64,000 nucleotides of DNA from Pseudomonadota bacterium. Its GTDB lineage: Bacteria; Pseudomonadota; Gammaproteobacteria; Burkholderiales; SG8-39. The stretch spans positions 10,871-74,870 of the forward strand of contig JBFMFX010000017.1 in NCBI GenBank assembly GCA_040752005.1. The letters run 5' to 3'. This document shows, piece after piece, positions 38,026 to 48,300 of this stretch. The translations under genes and the position numbers were made by a program. The notes under the pieces were generated by a model. It was not told the DNA's origin, ran no database searches, and was given only the letters and a program-made list of their open reading frames with translations. Positions within the stretch are counted from its first letter, which is position 1. Each line of letters opens with the position of its first letter.

Positions 38026-39236
38026 CGCGCCTCGCCCTTGGACTCGAAGACGCGGACCTCGGGCAGCGGAAAGCCGTTGAACTCGCTCGCGTACGCCGTC
38101 GTGTAGGCGCCCGCGTTGCGGATGTAGATGAAATCGCCCTCCTGCAGGTCCGAGGGCAGCGGTTCGTCGCGCAGGACCACGTCCACCGAGTCGCAGGTGG
38201 GGCCGGCCACGTTCCACGGCACGTCCGGCCCGGAGCGCTCGCTGCGGATCTTGTACTTGAGCCCCTCGGTGGTTTCGATGATGCCGCCAAAGAGGCCCGC
38301 GTCCCAGTGCATCCAGCGCTTGCCGCCGCGCACTGTGGTGCCAACGACCCGGCAGACGAAGTAGCCGGCGTCGGAGGTCATGTAACGTCCGGGCTCGGCG
38401 ACCACCTGAACGTCGTCGGCAAACGCCTTCAGCGCCTCGTTGACCACCGCCCCGATCACCTCGATCGAGGGAATCGGCTTGACGTGGCGTACCGGGAACC
38501 CTCCCCCGATGTCGAGCATCCGGGGCTTCAGGCCCGCCTTCAGCATGGCGTCGAACACCCCGCGCGCCTTTTCGATGCCGACGCGCCAGTTCTCCGGGTT
38601 GCGGCACTGCGAGCCGACGTGGAACGTCACCCCGGCCAGGTCGGCGCCGAGCTTGGCGGCCGTGGCGATGATTTCGCGGGTCTCGGTCGCCCCGGCGCCG
38701 AACTTGCCCGAAAGCGGCCAGTCGCTGCCGATGTTCGGCGTCGCGATGCGCACGTAGATTCGGGCGTCGGCGCGCGTCTCGTGCACGCGGCGCAGCTCGT
38801 CCACGCTGTCCACCGCGAACCACTGCACGCCCTTGCCGGCGGCGCAGGCGATCGCCGCACGCGATTTCATCGGGTTGGAAAACAGGATCTCCTCGGCCGG
38901 AACGCCCAGCGCGAGCAGCAGCTCCAGCTCCGCGGTCGAGGCGATTTCAAAGCCGCAGCCTTCCTGGGCGAGCACCTTGAGCACGCGCCGGTCGGGATTC
39001 GCTTTCACCGCATAGTGCGGCCGCACGCGCGGCATGGCGGCGCGGAACCGGCGCACCTTCTGGCGCACGATGGCGGTGTCGAGGATCAGAAACGGCCGCG
39101 TGTAGCGTTGCCGGGCGGCCTGGCGCACGATCTCGAAGTCGAGACTCGCTTCGGGATGCGTGTCGAAGAGCTGTTCTTGCGGTTGCGGGTTCTGTCTGCT
39201 GTTGCGCGCGATGCTACTCGGAGGGCGAGCGCCCAT
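38022..39236 (-). CDS. Fold-type-III PLP decarboxylase (ornithine/lysine/arginine decarboxylase family 2; eukaryotic-ODC-like)
   Basis: HYAVKANP (PLP lysine), DIGGGFP, EPGRY and GPTCDSVD motifs are present. SD AAGGAG lies 9 nt upstream of ATG 39236. Confidence 0.88.
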   Translation of the reverse strand: MGARPPSSIARNSRQNPQPQEQLFDTHPEASLDFEIVRQAARQRYTRPFLILDTAIVRQKVRRFRAAMPRVRPHYAVKANPDRRVLKVLAQEGCGFEIASTAELELLLALGVPAEEILFSNPMKSRAAIACAAGKGVQWFAVDSVDELRRVHETRADARIYVRIATPNIGSDWPLSGKFGAGATETREIIATAAKLGADLAGVTFHVGSQCRNPENWRVGIEKARGVFDAMLKAGLKPRMLDIGGGFPVRHVKPIPSIEVIGAVVNEALKAFADDVQVVAEPGRYMTSDAGYFVCRVVGTTVRGGKRWMHWDAGLFGGIIETTEGLKYKIRSERSGPDVPWNVAGPTCDSVDVVLRDEPLPSDLQEGDFIYIRNAGAYTTAYASEFNGFPLPEVRVFESKGEAR

Positions 39237-39256
39237 TCTGCCGATCTCCTTGCGAA

Positions 39257-39316
39257 CTAAGTTTCAGGAAGGTCGAGGATGCAGACGCAAGCGCCGGAGT
39301 TCCTTTTGCCTGTCAT
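39257..39316 (-). CDS. Candidate leader peptide uORF (MTGKRNSGACVCILDLPET) in the decarboxylase 5' leader
   Basis: The ATG is preceded by GAAGGAGGT with 5-nt spacing. The TAG stop lies 5 nt before the decarboxylase SD. No homologue was recognised. Confidence 0.3.
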   Translation of the reverse strand: MTGKRNSGACVCILDLPET

Positions 39317-39369
39317 GATGACCTCCTTCGTTCAGTTCGTCGAGCGCACGGTGAAAAAAGTCTGCGCCG

Positions 39370-39397
39370 ATTATAGGTACGACCCCCTCGCTGTCAA
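39370..39397 (-). promoter_or_regulatory. Near-consensus sigma-70 promoter TTGACA-16 nt-TATAAT driving the decarboxylase
   Basis: Minus strand reads TTGACAgcgagggggtcgtaccTATAAT. The -35 is at 39397-39392 and the -10 at 39375-39370. Confidence 0.6.
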
Positions 39398-39404
39398 GAG
39401 TTTC

Positions 39405-39431
39405 GGCGCCGCGCGCGGCGCGCGCGGCGCC
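39405..39431. repeat. 27-nt perfect GC palindrome (13-bp arms around one central base) just upstream of the -35
   Basis: ggcgccgcgcgcg-g-cgcgcgcggcgcc was verified base by base. It lies 78 nt downstream of the dcd stop, and no U-tract follows. Confidence 0.5.
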
Positions 39432-39508
39432 GCCGCCGGTCGCCCCGCGGCGCTTCCAATGCACTACATGTGGGGTGCCCTGCCGGCCGCCCCGCCCTAT
39501 CTAGTAGG

Positions 39509-40072
39509 TCAGATCTTGGGCGGCGTGACGCCGCGCTGGCCCTGGTACTTGCCGCGGCGGTCGCGGTAAGAGGTTTCGCAGACTTCGTCGGACTCGATGA
39601 AGATCACCTGCGCGACGCCCTCGTTGGCGTAGACCTTCGCCGGCAGCGGCGTGGTGTTGGAGAACTCCAGGGTGACGTGGCCTTCCCACTCCGGCTCGAG
39701 CGGGGTGACGTTGACGATGATCCCGCAGCGCGCGTAGGTGGACTTGCCCAGACAGATGGTGAGCACGTTTCTCGGGATGCGGAAGTACTCCACGGTGCGC
39801 GCGAGCGCAAAGGAGTTGGGCGGGATGATGCAGACCTCGCCTTCGAAGTCCACGAAGCTCTTGGCGTCAAACGCCTTCGGGTCAACGATCGTCGAGTTGA
39901 TATTGGTGAAGATCTTGAATTCGGTCGAGCAGCGGATGTCGTAGCCGTAGCTCGAGGTGCCGTAGGAAACGACCGGCCGGCCGTCCAGCGCCTTCACCTG
40001 GCCGGGCTCGAACGGCTCGATCATGCCCTGCGCCGCCATGCGGCGGATCCAGCGGTCCGACTTGATCGTCAT
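39509..40072 (-). CDS. dcd: dCTP deaminase
   Basis: 187 aa. Contains SSYGYDIRC and [23 protein letters not shown]. Confidence 0.96.
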   Translation of the reverse strand: MTIKSDRWIRRMAAQGMIEPFEPGQVKALDGRPVVSYGTSSYGYDIRCSTEFKIFTNINSTIVDPKAFDAKSFVDFEGEVCIIPPNSFALARTVEYFRIPRNVLTICLGKSTYARCGIIVNVTPLEPEWEGHVTLEFSNTTPLPAKVYANEGVAQVIFIESDEVCETSYRDRRGKYQGQRGVTPPKI

Positions 40073-40094
40073 CGGGCGCGCAGCCGGCGGCGCT

Positions 40095-41180
40095 TCAGGT
40101 GTTCTGCACCACGATGTTGGGGAATTTCGAGCTCATGTCCTTCTGCAGCTCGGCGATCTTCACCGCGCAGCGGCGCGCGATCCTCTTGTAGATCTCGGCG
40201 GCCGCCCCGTCCGGATCGGACACCAGCGTCGGCCGGCCGGAATCGGCCTGCTCGCGGATCGCCGCGTCGAGCGGCAATTGCCCCAGCAGCTCGGTGCCGT
40301 AGTCGGCGCACATGCGTGCCGCGCCTCCCTCGCCGAAGATGTGGCTCTGGTGGCCGCAGCGGGGGCACACATGCACCGACATGTTCTCGACCACGCCGAG
40401 TATCGGGATTCCCACCTTCTCGAACATTTTCAGGCCCTTGCGCGCATCAATCAGCGCGATGTCCTGCGGCGTCGTGACGATGACGGCGCCGGTCACCGGC
40501 ACCTTCTGCGCAAGGGTGAGCTGGATGTCGCCGGTGCCGGGGGGCAGGTCCACCACCAGGTAATCGAGATCGCGCCAGCGCGTATCGCGCAGCAGCTGCT
40601 CCAGAGCCTGGGTGACCATCGGACCGCGCCAGATCATCGGCGTGTCCACGTCGATCAGGAACCCGATCGAGATCACCTGCAGGCCGTGGCCTTCCATCGG
40701 CTCGAGCGTGCGGCCGTCCTTCGACTCCGGTCGCCCGGCGATGCCGAGCATCGTCGGCTGCGACGGGCCGTAGATGTCGGCATCGAGAATGCCAGCCGAG
40801 GCGCCCTCGGCGGCGAGCGCGAGCGCGAGGTTGGCCGCCGTGGTGGACTTGCCGACACCGCCCTTCGCCGAGGCGACCGCGATGATGTTCTTCACGCCGG
40901 GCACGAGCTTGACGCCGCGCTGCACCGCGTGCGCGACGACCTTCGAACGCACGCTGACCGCGGCGCTCGCGGCCCCGCCCGCCCTGAGCGCCTCGATCAC
41001 CTGGCGGCGGATCGGCTCGAACTGGCTCCTGCCCGGGTACCCCAGCTCGATGGCCACCGCCACCGCGTCGCCCTCGACCCTGAGATCCTTGACCGCGCGC
41101 GCGCTGACGTAGTCCTTGCCAGTATTGGGGTCCACGAGCCGGGAGAGGATCGCCCGGGCATCGGCTTCAGTGATCGGCAT
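40095..41180 (-). CDS. apbC: Fe-S cluster carrier ATPase ApbC/Mrp
   Basis: [20 protein letters not shown] (deviant Walker A) and the CPRCGH motif are present. Confidence 0.93.
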   Translation of the reverse strand: MPITEADARAILSRLVDPNTGKDYVSARAVKDLRVEGDAVAVAIELGYPGRSQFEPIRRQVIEALRAGGAASAAVSVRSKVVAHAVQRGVKLVPGVKNIIAVASAKGGVGKSTTAANLALALAAEGASAGILDADIYGPSQPTMLGIAGRPESKDGRTLEPMEGHGLQVISIGFLIDVDTPMIWRGPMVTQALEQLLRDTRWRDLDYLVVDLPPGTGDIQLTLAQKVPVTGAVIVTTPQDIALIDARKGLKMFEKVGIPILGVVENMSVHVCPRCGHQSHIFGEGGAARMCADYGTELLGQLPLDAAIREQADSGRPTLVSDPDGAAAEIYKRIARRCAVKIAELQKDMSSKFPNIVVQNT

Positions 41181-41250
41181 GGCGCTGGGTTATCGGCAAG
41201 ACAGTCGAATGTGAAGTGTAAGCTAAAATTCGCGCTTTTCCCCCGCCCCG

Positions 41251-43347
41251 ATGCCCCACGGCAAGCTCTTCGTCACCACCGCTCTCCCCTACGCCAACGG
41301 GGCCTTTCACATCGGCCACATTATGGAGTACATCCAGGCCGACATCTGGGTGCGCTTCCAGCGCATGCTCGGGCGCGAAGTGCACTTCGTCGGCGCCGAT
41401 GACGCGCATGGTGCGCCGATCATGCTGGCGGCGGAGAAGGCCGGGATGTCGCCCGAGGCGTTCGTCGCCGAGATCGCGCGCGGGCGCAGGCTCTACCTGG
41501 AAGGCTTTCACATCGGGTTCGACCACTGGCACTCGACGCACTCGCCGGAGAACACGGCGCTGTCGCAGGACATCTTCCGGCGCCTGAGGCAGGCCGGATT
41601 CATCTATGTGCGGGCGATCGAGCAATTGTACGACCCGGTCAAGGGCATGTTCCTCGCCGACCGCTACGTCAAGGGCGAGTGCCCGAGGTGCGGCGCGCCG
41701 GACCAGTACGGCGACGCCTGCGAGCGCTGCAGCTCGGTGTACCCGGCGACCGAGCTGAAAAACCCGTACTCGACGCTGTCGGGGGCGCGCCCGGTGCTGC
41801 GCTCCTCCGAGCATTATTTCTTCCGCCTCTCGGACGAGCGCTGCAAGCGGTTCCTGCGCGAGTGGCTGCAGACCCCGGGGCGGCTGCAGCCGCAGGTGGT
41901 CAACAAGGCGCGCGAGTGGCTCGAGGGCGAGGGCGAGAAGGCGCTCGCCGACTGGGACATCTCGCGCGATCCGCCCTACTTCGGCATCCGCGTGCCCGAC
42001 ATCGCCGAGGAGAAGTACCTCTACGTGTGGCTGGATGCCCCGATCGGCTATCTCGCCTCGCTCAAGCACTACTTCGACTCGGGCAAGGCGCGCGCGCGGG
42101 GCGAGACGCGCTCGTTCGAGCAGTTCCTCGCCGACCCCGATACGCGCCAGATCCACTTCATCGGCAAGGACATCATCTACTTCCATACCCTGTTCTGGCC
42201 GGCGATGCTCAGGTTCGCCGGCCCGCCCTATCGCGTGCCGGACCACATCTGGGTGCACGGGTTCATCACCGTCTCGGGCGACAAGATGTCGAAGTCGCGC
42301 GGCACCGGCATTGATCCCCTGCGCTATCTGCGCCTGGGCATGAACCCGGAATGGCTGCGCTACTACCTCGCCGCCAAGCTCAACGCCAACGTCGAGGACC
42401 TCGACTTCAATCCGGAGGACTTCGTCGCTCGCGTCAACAGCGACCTCGTCGGCAAGTACGTCAACATCGCCAGCCGCGCGGCCGGGTTCCTCACCCGGAA
42501 TTTCGGCGGCCGGCTCTACGACTTCCGGCCCGACCAGCTCAGCCCGCAGCACAGCGGGGTGGCGGCGGAGGCGGCGGCCGAGACGATCGCGCAGGCCTAC
42601 GAGGAGCGCGAGTTCGGCAAGGTCGTGCGCGAGGTGATGCGCCTCGCCGACCTCGCCAACCAGCGCTACGACCGGGCAAAGCCCTGGGAGCTCGCCAAGG
42701 ACCCGCTGCGGCGCGAGGAGCTGCACCGGGTGTGCAGCGAAGCGATCCACGCCTTCCATGCGCTCACGGTGTATCTCGCCCCGGTCCTGCCCGCCACGGC
42801 CGAGCGGGTGGCGCGCGAGCTGTTCGGCATGGACCGCGGCTTCGTCTTCGACGACATCCGCGCGCGACCGACGCAGATCGGTCCTTTCAGGCACCTGCTC
42901 ACCCGCGTCCAGGAAAGCCAGCTCGAGGCGCTGTTCAGCGCCGAGGCGGTGCCCCAGCCGGCGGCGCCGCAGCGCCACGCCGAAGTGCGACAGAGAACCG
43001 TCAAGGAGCATGCCGTGACCAGCCAGATCACGATCGAGGATTTCGCCCGCGTGGACCTGCGCGTAGCGAGGATCGCCAGGGCCGAAGCGGTCGAGGGCGC
43101 CGACAAGCTGCTCAAGCTCACGCTCGACCTCGGCGATGAGCAGCGCACGGTCTTTGCCGGAATAAAGTCGGCCTATGAGCCGGCGGCGCTCGAGGGGCGG
43201 CTGACGATCGTGGTGGCGAATCTCGCCCCGCGCAAGATGAAGTTCGGCGTCTCCGAAGGCATGGTGCTCGCCGCCTCCGGCGAGGGGTCGGGCATCTTCC
43301 TGCTGTCGGTGGATTCTGGGGCGCAGCCCGGAATGAAGGTGAGATAG
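41251..43347 (+). CDS. metG: Methionine--tRNA ligase
   Basis: [13 protein letters not shown] (HIGH), KMSKSRG (KMSKS), zinc knuckles [17 protein letters not shown] and a C-terminal tRNA-binding domain are present. Confidence 0.97.
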   Translation: MPHGKLFVTTALPYANGAFHIGHIMEYIQADIWVRFQRMLGREVHFVGADDAHGAPIMLAAEKAGMSPEAFVAEIARGRRLYLEGFHIGFDHWHSTHSPENTALSQDIFRRLRQAGFIYVRAIEQLYDPVKGMFLADRYVKGECPRCGAPDQYGDACERCSSVYPATELKNPYSTLSGARPVLRSSEHYFFRLSDERCKRFLREWLQTPGRLQPQVVNKAREWLEGEGEKALADWDISRDPPYFGIRVPDIAEEKYLYVWLDAPIGYLASLKHYFDSGKARARGETRSFEQFLADPDTRQIHFIGKDIIYFHTLFWPAMLRFAGPPYRVPDHIWVHGFITVSGDKMSKSRGTGIDPLRYLRLGMNPEWLRYYLAAKLNANVEDLDFNPEDFVARVNSDLVGKYVNIASRAAGFLTRNFGGRLYDFRPDQLSPQHSGVAAEAAAETIAQAYEEREFGKVVREVMRLADLANQRYDRAKPWELAKDPLRREELHRVCSEAIHAFHALTVYLAPVLPATAERVARELFGMDRGFVFDDIRARPTQIGPFRHLLTRVQESQLEALFSAEAVPQPAAPQRHAEVRQRTVKEHAVTSQITIEDFARVDLRVARIARAEAVEGADKLLKLTLDLGDEQRTVFAGIKSAYEPAALEGRLTIVVANLAPRKMKFGVSEGMVLAASGEGSGIFLLSVDSGAQPGMKVR

Positions 43348-43393
43348 CCCCGGCGCCGGGCAACGCGCGGCACCGCCCTCCGGCGCGGTCGAA

Positions 43394-43789
43394 TCAGTCC
43401 TTTCCGCCGCAGGCGGCCGGCATCGCAGAGATCGGATAGCCCCGGCAGCTCCAGGCGAGCTTGCCTCCCTGCAGACTCGGGATCAGCGCGATCTCGATGG
43501 CGTTCTTCTCGTTCCAGCCGCGGATCGCACCGTTCGCCTCGACCACCCACTTCAGCTCGCCCGCCTTCGGATCGTTGCGCGGGGCGATCTTGACGCCATT
43601 GCCCGAGCCGGTGAGGCTCCCGGTCTTCTCCGCGGCCGCCGCCACCTGTGTCTTGGCCGGCTCCGCGCCGGCGATCAGCGCTTGCGCAGCCTCCCTCGCC
43701 TCGGCGCCGGACATCCCCGGCAGTACATAGGCGACGCCGATGAAGCCCAGCAGCGCCAGGATCGCAACCACCAGCAGGACCGTACGCAT
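43394..43789 (-). CDS. Pilin-like small exported protein lacking a prepilin cleavage motif
   Basis: The start is trimmed to MRTVLLVVAILALLGFIGVAYVLPG, with GGAGGGAGG upstream. The C-terminal WSCRGYPISAMPAACGGKD resembles a pilin disulfide loop. Confidence 0.6.
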   Translation of the reverse strand: MRTVLLVVAILALLGFIGVAYVLPGMSGAEAREAAQALIAGAEPAKTQVAAAAEKTGSLTGSGNGVKIAPRNDPKAGELKWVVEANGAIRGWNEKNAIEIALIPSLQGGKLAWSCRGYPISAMPAACGGKD

Positions 43790-43913
43790 ATCCTCCCTCC
43801 GCGAGGCTCCGGTGAGCCTGTTTTCTCGTCGCGGACCGAGATTATCACGGGCTGCACAACGCTTCGGGTCGGCGAATCCGCCGATCCGGCGTCGCAAAAG
43901 GCAAAATCAAGTC

Positions 43914-44201
43914 ATGAACGTGACGCGCTACCTGCTCATCCGCGGTCGCGTGCAGGGTGTGGGCTTTCGCGAGGCGATGCGGCGCGAGGCGATCGCGCGG
44001 GGCTGCACCGGATGGGTGCGCAACCGGCGCGACGGCAGCGTCGAGGCCGTTGTTCAGGGCGATCCGGCGGCGGTCGAGGCGGTCCTTGCCTGGGCGAGGC
44101 GAGGTCCTCCCGCCGCGCGCGTCGATGACGTCGTCGTCGCCGCCGCCGCGGGCGAGCTTGCGCGCGAGTACGCAAGCTTCGAGTGGCTGCCCACGGTGTA
44201 A
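43914..44201 (+). CDS. acyP: Acylphosphatase
   Basis: IRGRVQGVGFREAMRREA...GWVRNRRDGSVE is present. CAAAAT lies 6 nt upstream of the ATG. Confidence 0.9.
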   Translation: MNVTRYLLIRGRVQGVGFREAMRREAIARGCTGWVRNRRDGSVEAVVQGDPAAVEAVLAWARRGPPAARVDDVVVAAAAGELAREYASFEWLPTV

Positions 44202-44228
44202 CCGGCGGTATCGCCGCCGGCGACTTTC
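44202..44228 (+). terminator. Weak hairpin after acyP
   Basis: Stem CCGGCGG-(tatcg)-CCGCCGG followed by cgacTTT. The U-tract is poor. Confidence 0.3.
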
Positions 44229-44297
44229 CGCGGCGGCGTTGCGCGCTGCGGGGCACCGCACACAATCGCGCACATCCATCGCACAGCCGGTGCCGCC

Positions 44298-45314
44298 ATG
44301 CTTGCCGAATTCACCCCTCCCGTTCCCCCGGACCTCGGCGCCGTCCCGCGCACCGCGACGGTACTGGTCCGCTCCGCCGAAGAGCTGCGGCGCGCCTTGC
44401 GCCAGGCGCGCACCAGCGCGGTCAGGCTAGACGGGTCCGCGCTCGACCGGGTGCTCGGCGTGGACCGCGAGCGCGGCCGCGCAGAGATTCAGGCGGCGGC
44501 GCGCTGGGCGAGCCTTGCCGAGCATCCGGCACTCGCGCCTCTGGGCCTTGACGCATTCACCACGGAATTCGGAGCGGCGCAGACGGTGGGCGAGAGCGTG
44601 AACGTCAACTGGGCCGGACCGGACGGCGCGCCGATGTCCCGCCACATCGCGGCAATCACACTGGTCACGCCCGATGGCGAACTGCGGCGCGCCGACCGGG
44701 AGTCGAACCCGGACCTTTTCCGGCTGGCCGTCGGCGGCCAGGGCGTGTTCGGGGTGCTCTACAGCGTGACGCTCGATCTCGCTTCGCTCGGCGCCGCCGC
44801 GGCCGCGGCGCAGCCGCCGGTGCGGCTTGCGCTCGGCGACGAGAGCGCCGCGGCGGGCAGCGCGAGCGCGCTCGAGCTGCTCGTGCCGCCGCTGGCCCTG
44901 GAGCGCTTCCTCGACGCGGTGCGCAGGATGGCCGCCGAACGGCGCGTCGCGTTGCGGCACATCTCGGTACGGCGCACGCTGGCGGAGGACGAAACCCGCC
45001 TGCGCTGGGCGAGGCGCGACTGGGCGGCGGTGCACATCCGTTTCGCCGCGCGCGGCTCGCTCGGCGCTGCGGTGTACGCGGCCGAAACGCGGCGCGAGCT
45101 GCTGGCGCAGGCGCTCGACTGCGGCGGCTCGTTCCCGGTGCGCGATCTGCGCGACGCCACGCGCGCGCAGCTCGAAGCCTGCTATCCCGCGCTCGGCGTC
45201 GTTCTCGCCGAGAAACGCCGCGCCGACCCCGCCGACCGGCTGCAGAACGCCTGGCTGCGCCGGGCGCGCGCGATCCTGCGCGAGGACCGCTGCGAGTCTC
45301 GCTGGTCGCACTGA
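44298..45314 (+). CDS. PCMH/FAD-binding-4-like oxidoreductase homologue, FAD motifs degenerate
   Basis: TVGESVNVNWAGPDG...HIAAITLVTPDGELRRADRESNPDLFRLAVGGQGVFGVLYSVTL fits the PCMH subdomain. No GGGHS-type loop is seen. Confidence 0.5.
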   Translation: MLAEFTPPVPPDLGAVPRTATVLVRSAEELRRALRQARTSAVRLDGSALDRVLGVDRERGRAEIQAAARWASLAEHPALAPLGLDAFTTEFGAAQTVGESVNVNWAGPDGAPMSRHIAAITLVTPDGELRRADRESNPDLFRLAVGGQGVFGVLYSVTLDLASLGAAAAAAQPPVRLALGDESAAAGSASALELLVPPLALERFLDAVRRMAAERRVALRHISVRRTLAEDETRLRWARRDWAAVHIRFAARGSLGAAVYAAETRRELLAQALDCGGSFPVRDLRDATRAQLEACYPALGVVLAEKRRADPADRLQNAWLRRARAILREDRCESRWSH

Positions 45315-45387
45315 CGCAGGCGGCGCGCGCTCGCGCACGTCGGCCCCGGCCCGGCAACGGACGCCCTCGCCGGCGCGCGCCTCGCGC

Positions 45388-48300
45388 TCAGGGCGTGCCG
45401 TTCGCGTACTCGACGGCGACGTTCTCCGGCGCAAGCCACGCCGACAGCTCCCCGATCAGGCGCGCATCGGGCCGTACCCGCCAGGCGTCGCCGAGCGCGA
45501 GGTCGCAGCTCGCCGCGCCGTTCTCGTAGTGCACCAGCACGGTGCAGCCGCCCCCGCCCTCGACGCGATAGGGTGCGAGCGCTTCGCGTAGCCGCGCCGC
45601 CGCCCGCGGCTCGCGCGCGGCGCCGTTCAGCGCGATGCGCAGGCGCGCGCCGAAGCGCTCGCGCAGCGCCGCGAGGTCGTAGATCTCCTCGGCGGTGACG
45701 CGCAGGCCGCCGACGAACTCGTCGCGCTGCACGCGCCCGGCGACGATGAGCAGCGCGTCCTCCCTCAGCTTGTCGCGGTGCTGTTCGAACAGCTCGTTGA
45801 ACACGCTCACCTCGACCTGCCCGGTCCCATCCTCGAGCACGACCGCCACCATGCGACCGCGGCGCGTCATCTGCGCCCGCACCGACGCGGCGACGCCGGC
45901 GATCCAGGCGCGATCCGCGGCGCCGAGCTTGCCGATGGGCGTGCGCGGAAATCCCGCGAGCGAGCGCTCGTGAACCGAGAACGGGTGCGCCGAAAGGCAG
46001 AAGCCGAGCGCCGCTTTTTCCTCGGCGAGTGTGCGCGCCAGGTCCCAGGGCGGCGCCTCGACGCGCGCGAGCCCAGCCTCGTGGGCCGCTTCCGCCTCGC
46101 CGAACAGGCTCGCCTGAGCGGCCGCGCGCTCGGCGCGCTCGGCCGCTTCCAGCGCCCGGCCGACCGAGGCCAGCAGGCTGGCGCGGTTCGCTTCCAGCGA
46201 ATCGAAACTGCCGGCGCGCACCAGCGCCTCGACCGCGCGCCGGTTGACGATGCGCTTGTCCACCCGCCGGCAGAAGTCGTACAGATCGGCGAACGGGCGC
46301 GCGCTGCGCGCGGCGAGGATCGCCTGCACGGCCGCCTGCCCGGTGCCGCGGATCGCGCCCAGGCCGTAGCGGATCGTGCGCTCGTCCACCGGTACGAAGC
46401 GGTAGTCCGAAGCATTGATGTCGGGCGGCAGAACGCGCAGCCCGTTCGCCACGGCGTCGTCGTAGAACTGGCGCACCTTGTCGGTATCGTCCATCACCGC
46501 CGACAGGTTGGCCGCCATGAAGGCCGCCGGATGGTGGCACTTCATGTACGCCGTCTGATAGGCGAGCAGCGCATACGCCGCGGCGTGCGACTTGTTGAAG
46601 CCGTAGCCGGCGAATTTCGCCATCAGATCGAACAGCTGCATCGCCTTGCCGCGCGGCATGCCGTTCTTCTGCGCCCCGGTGACGAACGTGTCGCGCTGCG
46701 CGTCCATCTCCTGCTGGTTCTTCTTGCCCATCGCGCGGCGAAGGAGATCCGCGCCACCCAGCGTGTAGCCGGCGATCACCTGCGCGATCTGCATCACCTG
46801 CTCCTGATAGACCATGATCCCGTACGTCGGCGCGAGGATCGGCTCCAGGCGCGGGTCGAGGTACTCGACGCGCTCCTCGCCGTGCTTGCGGCGGATGAAG
46901 TCCGGGATCAGGTCCATCGGTCCGGGGCGGTACAGCGCCACCAGTGCGATCACGTCCTCGAAGCGGTCCGGGCGCGCGCGCCGGAGCAGGTCGCGCATGC
47001 CGCGCGATTCGAGCTGGAACACCGCGGTGGTGTTCCCGGAGGCGAGCAGGCGGTAGGTCTCGGCGTCATCGAGCGGGATCTCCTCCAGAGAAAACCCGGC
47101 GTGGCCGAGCTGGCGCACGTAGCGCTGCGCGCAGTCGAGAACGGTGAGGGTGGTGAGCCCGAGGAAGTCGAATTTCACCAGCCCGATTCTCTCGACGTCG
47201 TCCTTGTCGAACTGGGAGATCGCGTGCGCGCCGCCCTCGGCCGCGTACAGCGGGCAGAAGTCGGTAAGCCTGCCCGGTGCGATCAGCACCCCGCCGGCGT
47301 GCATGCCGACGTTGCGCACCAGCCCTTCCAGCTTTTCGGCGAGCGCGAGCAGATCGCGCACTTCTTCTTCCTGCCGCTCGCGCTGGGCGAGCAGCGGCTC
47401 CAGCTCGCGCGCCTCGGCCAGGGTGATCAGCCTGCCGGGCTGAAACGGGATCAGCTTGGCGATCTGGTCGCAGAAACCATAGCCGAGGTCGAGCACCCGG
47501 CCGACGTCGCGCACCACGGCGCGCGCCGCCATGGTGCCGAAGGTGGCGATCTGCGCGACCGATTCCTCGCCGTATTTGCTGCGCACGTACTCGATCACCC
47601 GGTCGCGGCCGTCCTGACAGAAGTCGATGTCGAAGTCCGGCATCGAGACGCGCTCGGGATTGAGGAATCGCTCGAACAGCAGGTCGTAGCGCAGCGGATC
47701 GAGATCGGTGATGCCGAGCGCGTAGGCGACGAGCGATCCGGCGCCGGAGCCGCGTCCCGGACCCACCGGAACGCCGTTCGCGCGCGCCCAGCCAATGAAG
47801 TCGGCGACGATCAGGAAGTAGCCGGCGAAGCCCATCTTGACGATGGTGCCGATCTCGAATTCCAGGCGCGCCCGGTAGCGTGGCGTCTCGGCCGCTCGCC
47901 GCGCCGCGTCCGGGTAGAGCCGGGCCAGGCGCCGCTCGAGCCCCTGCTCGGCCTGGCTGCGCAGGTAGCGGTCCACGCCGATGCCGCCCGGTGTCGGGAA
48001 TTCCGGCAGGCGGCTCCTGCCCAGCTCGATGGCGAGGTTGCAGCGGCGCGCGATCTCGACCGCATTGGCGAGCGCCTGCGGCACATCGGCGAACAGCTGC
48101 ACCATCTCGTCCTGCGACTTGAAATACTGCTCGGACGTGAACAGGCGCGGCCGGCGCTGGTCGCCAAGCACGTACCCTTGCGCGATGCACACGCGCGCTT
48201 CATGCGCCTTGAAATCCTGCGGCGCGATGAACTGTACCGGATGCGTCGCGACCACCGGAAGCCCGGTGCGCGCGGCGAGCGCCAGCGTGCGCGCCACCAG

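Noticed and set aside
39264-39569. ORFs 39264..39464 (-, 66 aa) and 39279..39569 (+, 96 aa) in the dcd/decarboxylase intergenic region.
   Set aside because: They have no SD, poor codon periodicity and Arg/Gly-rich translations. They span the promoter and palindrome. The short SD-led uORF in another frame explains the region better.
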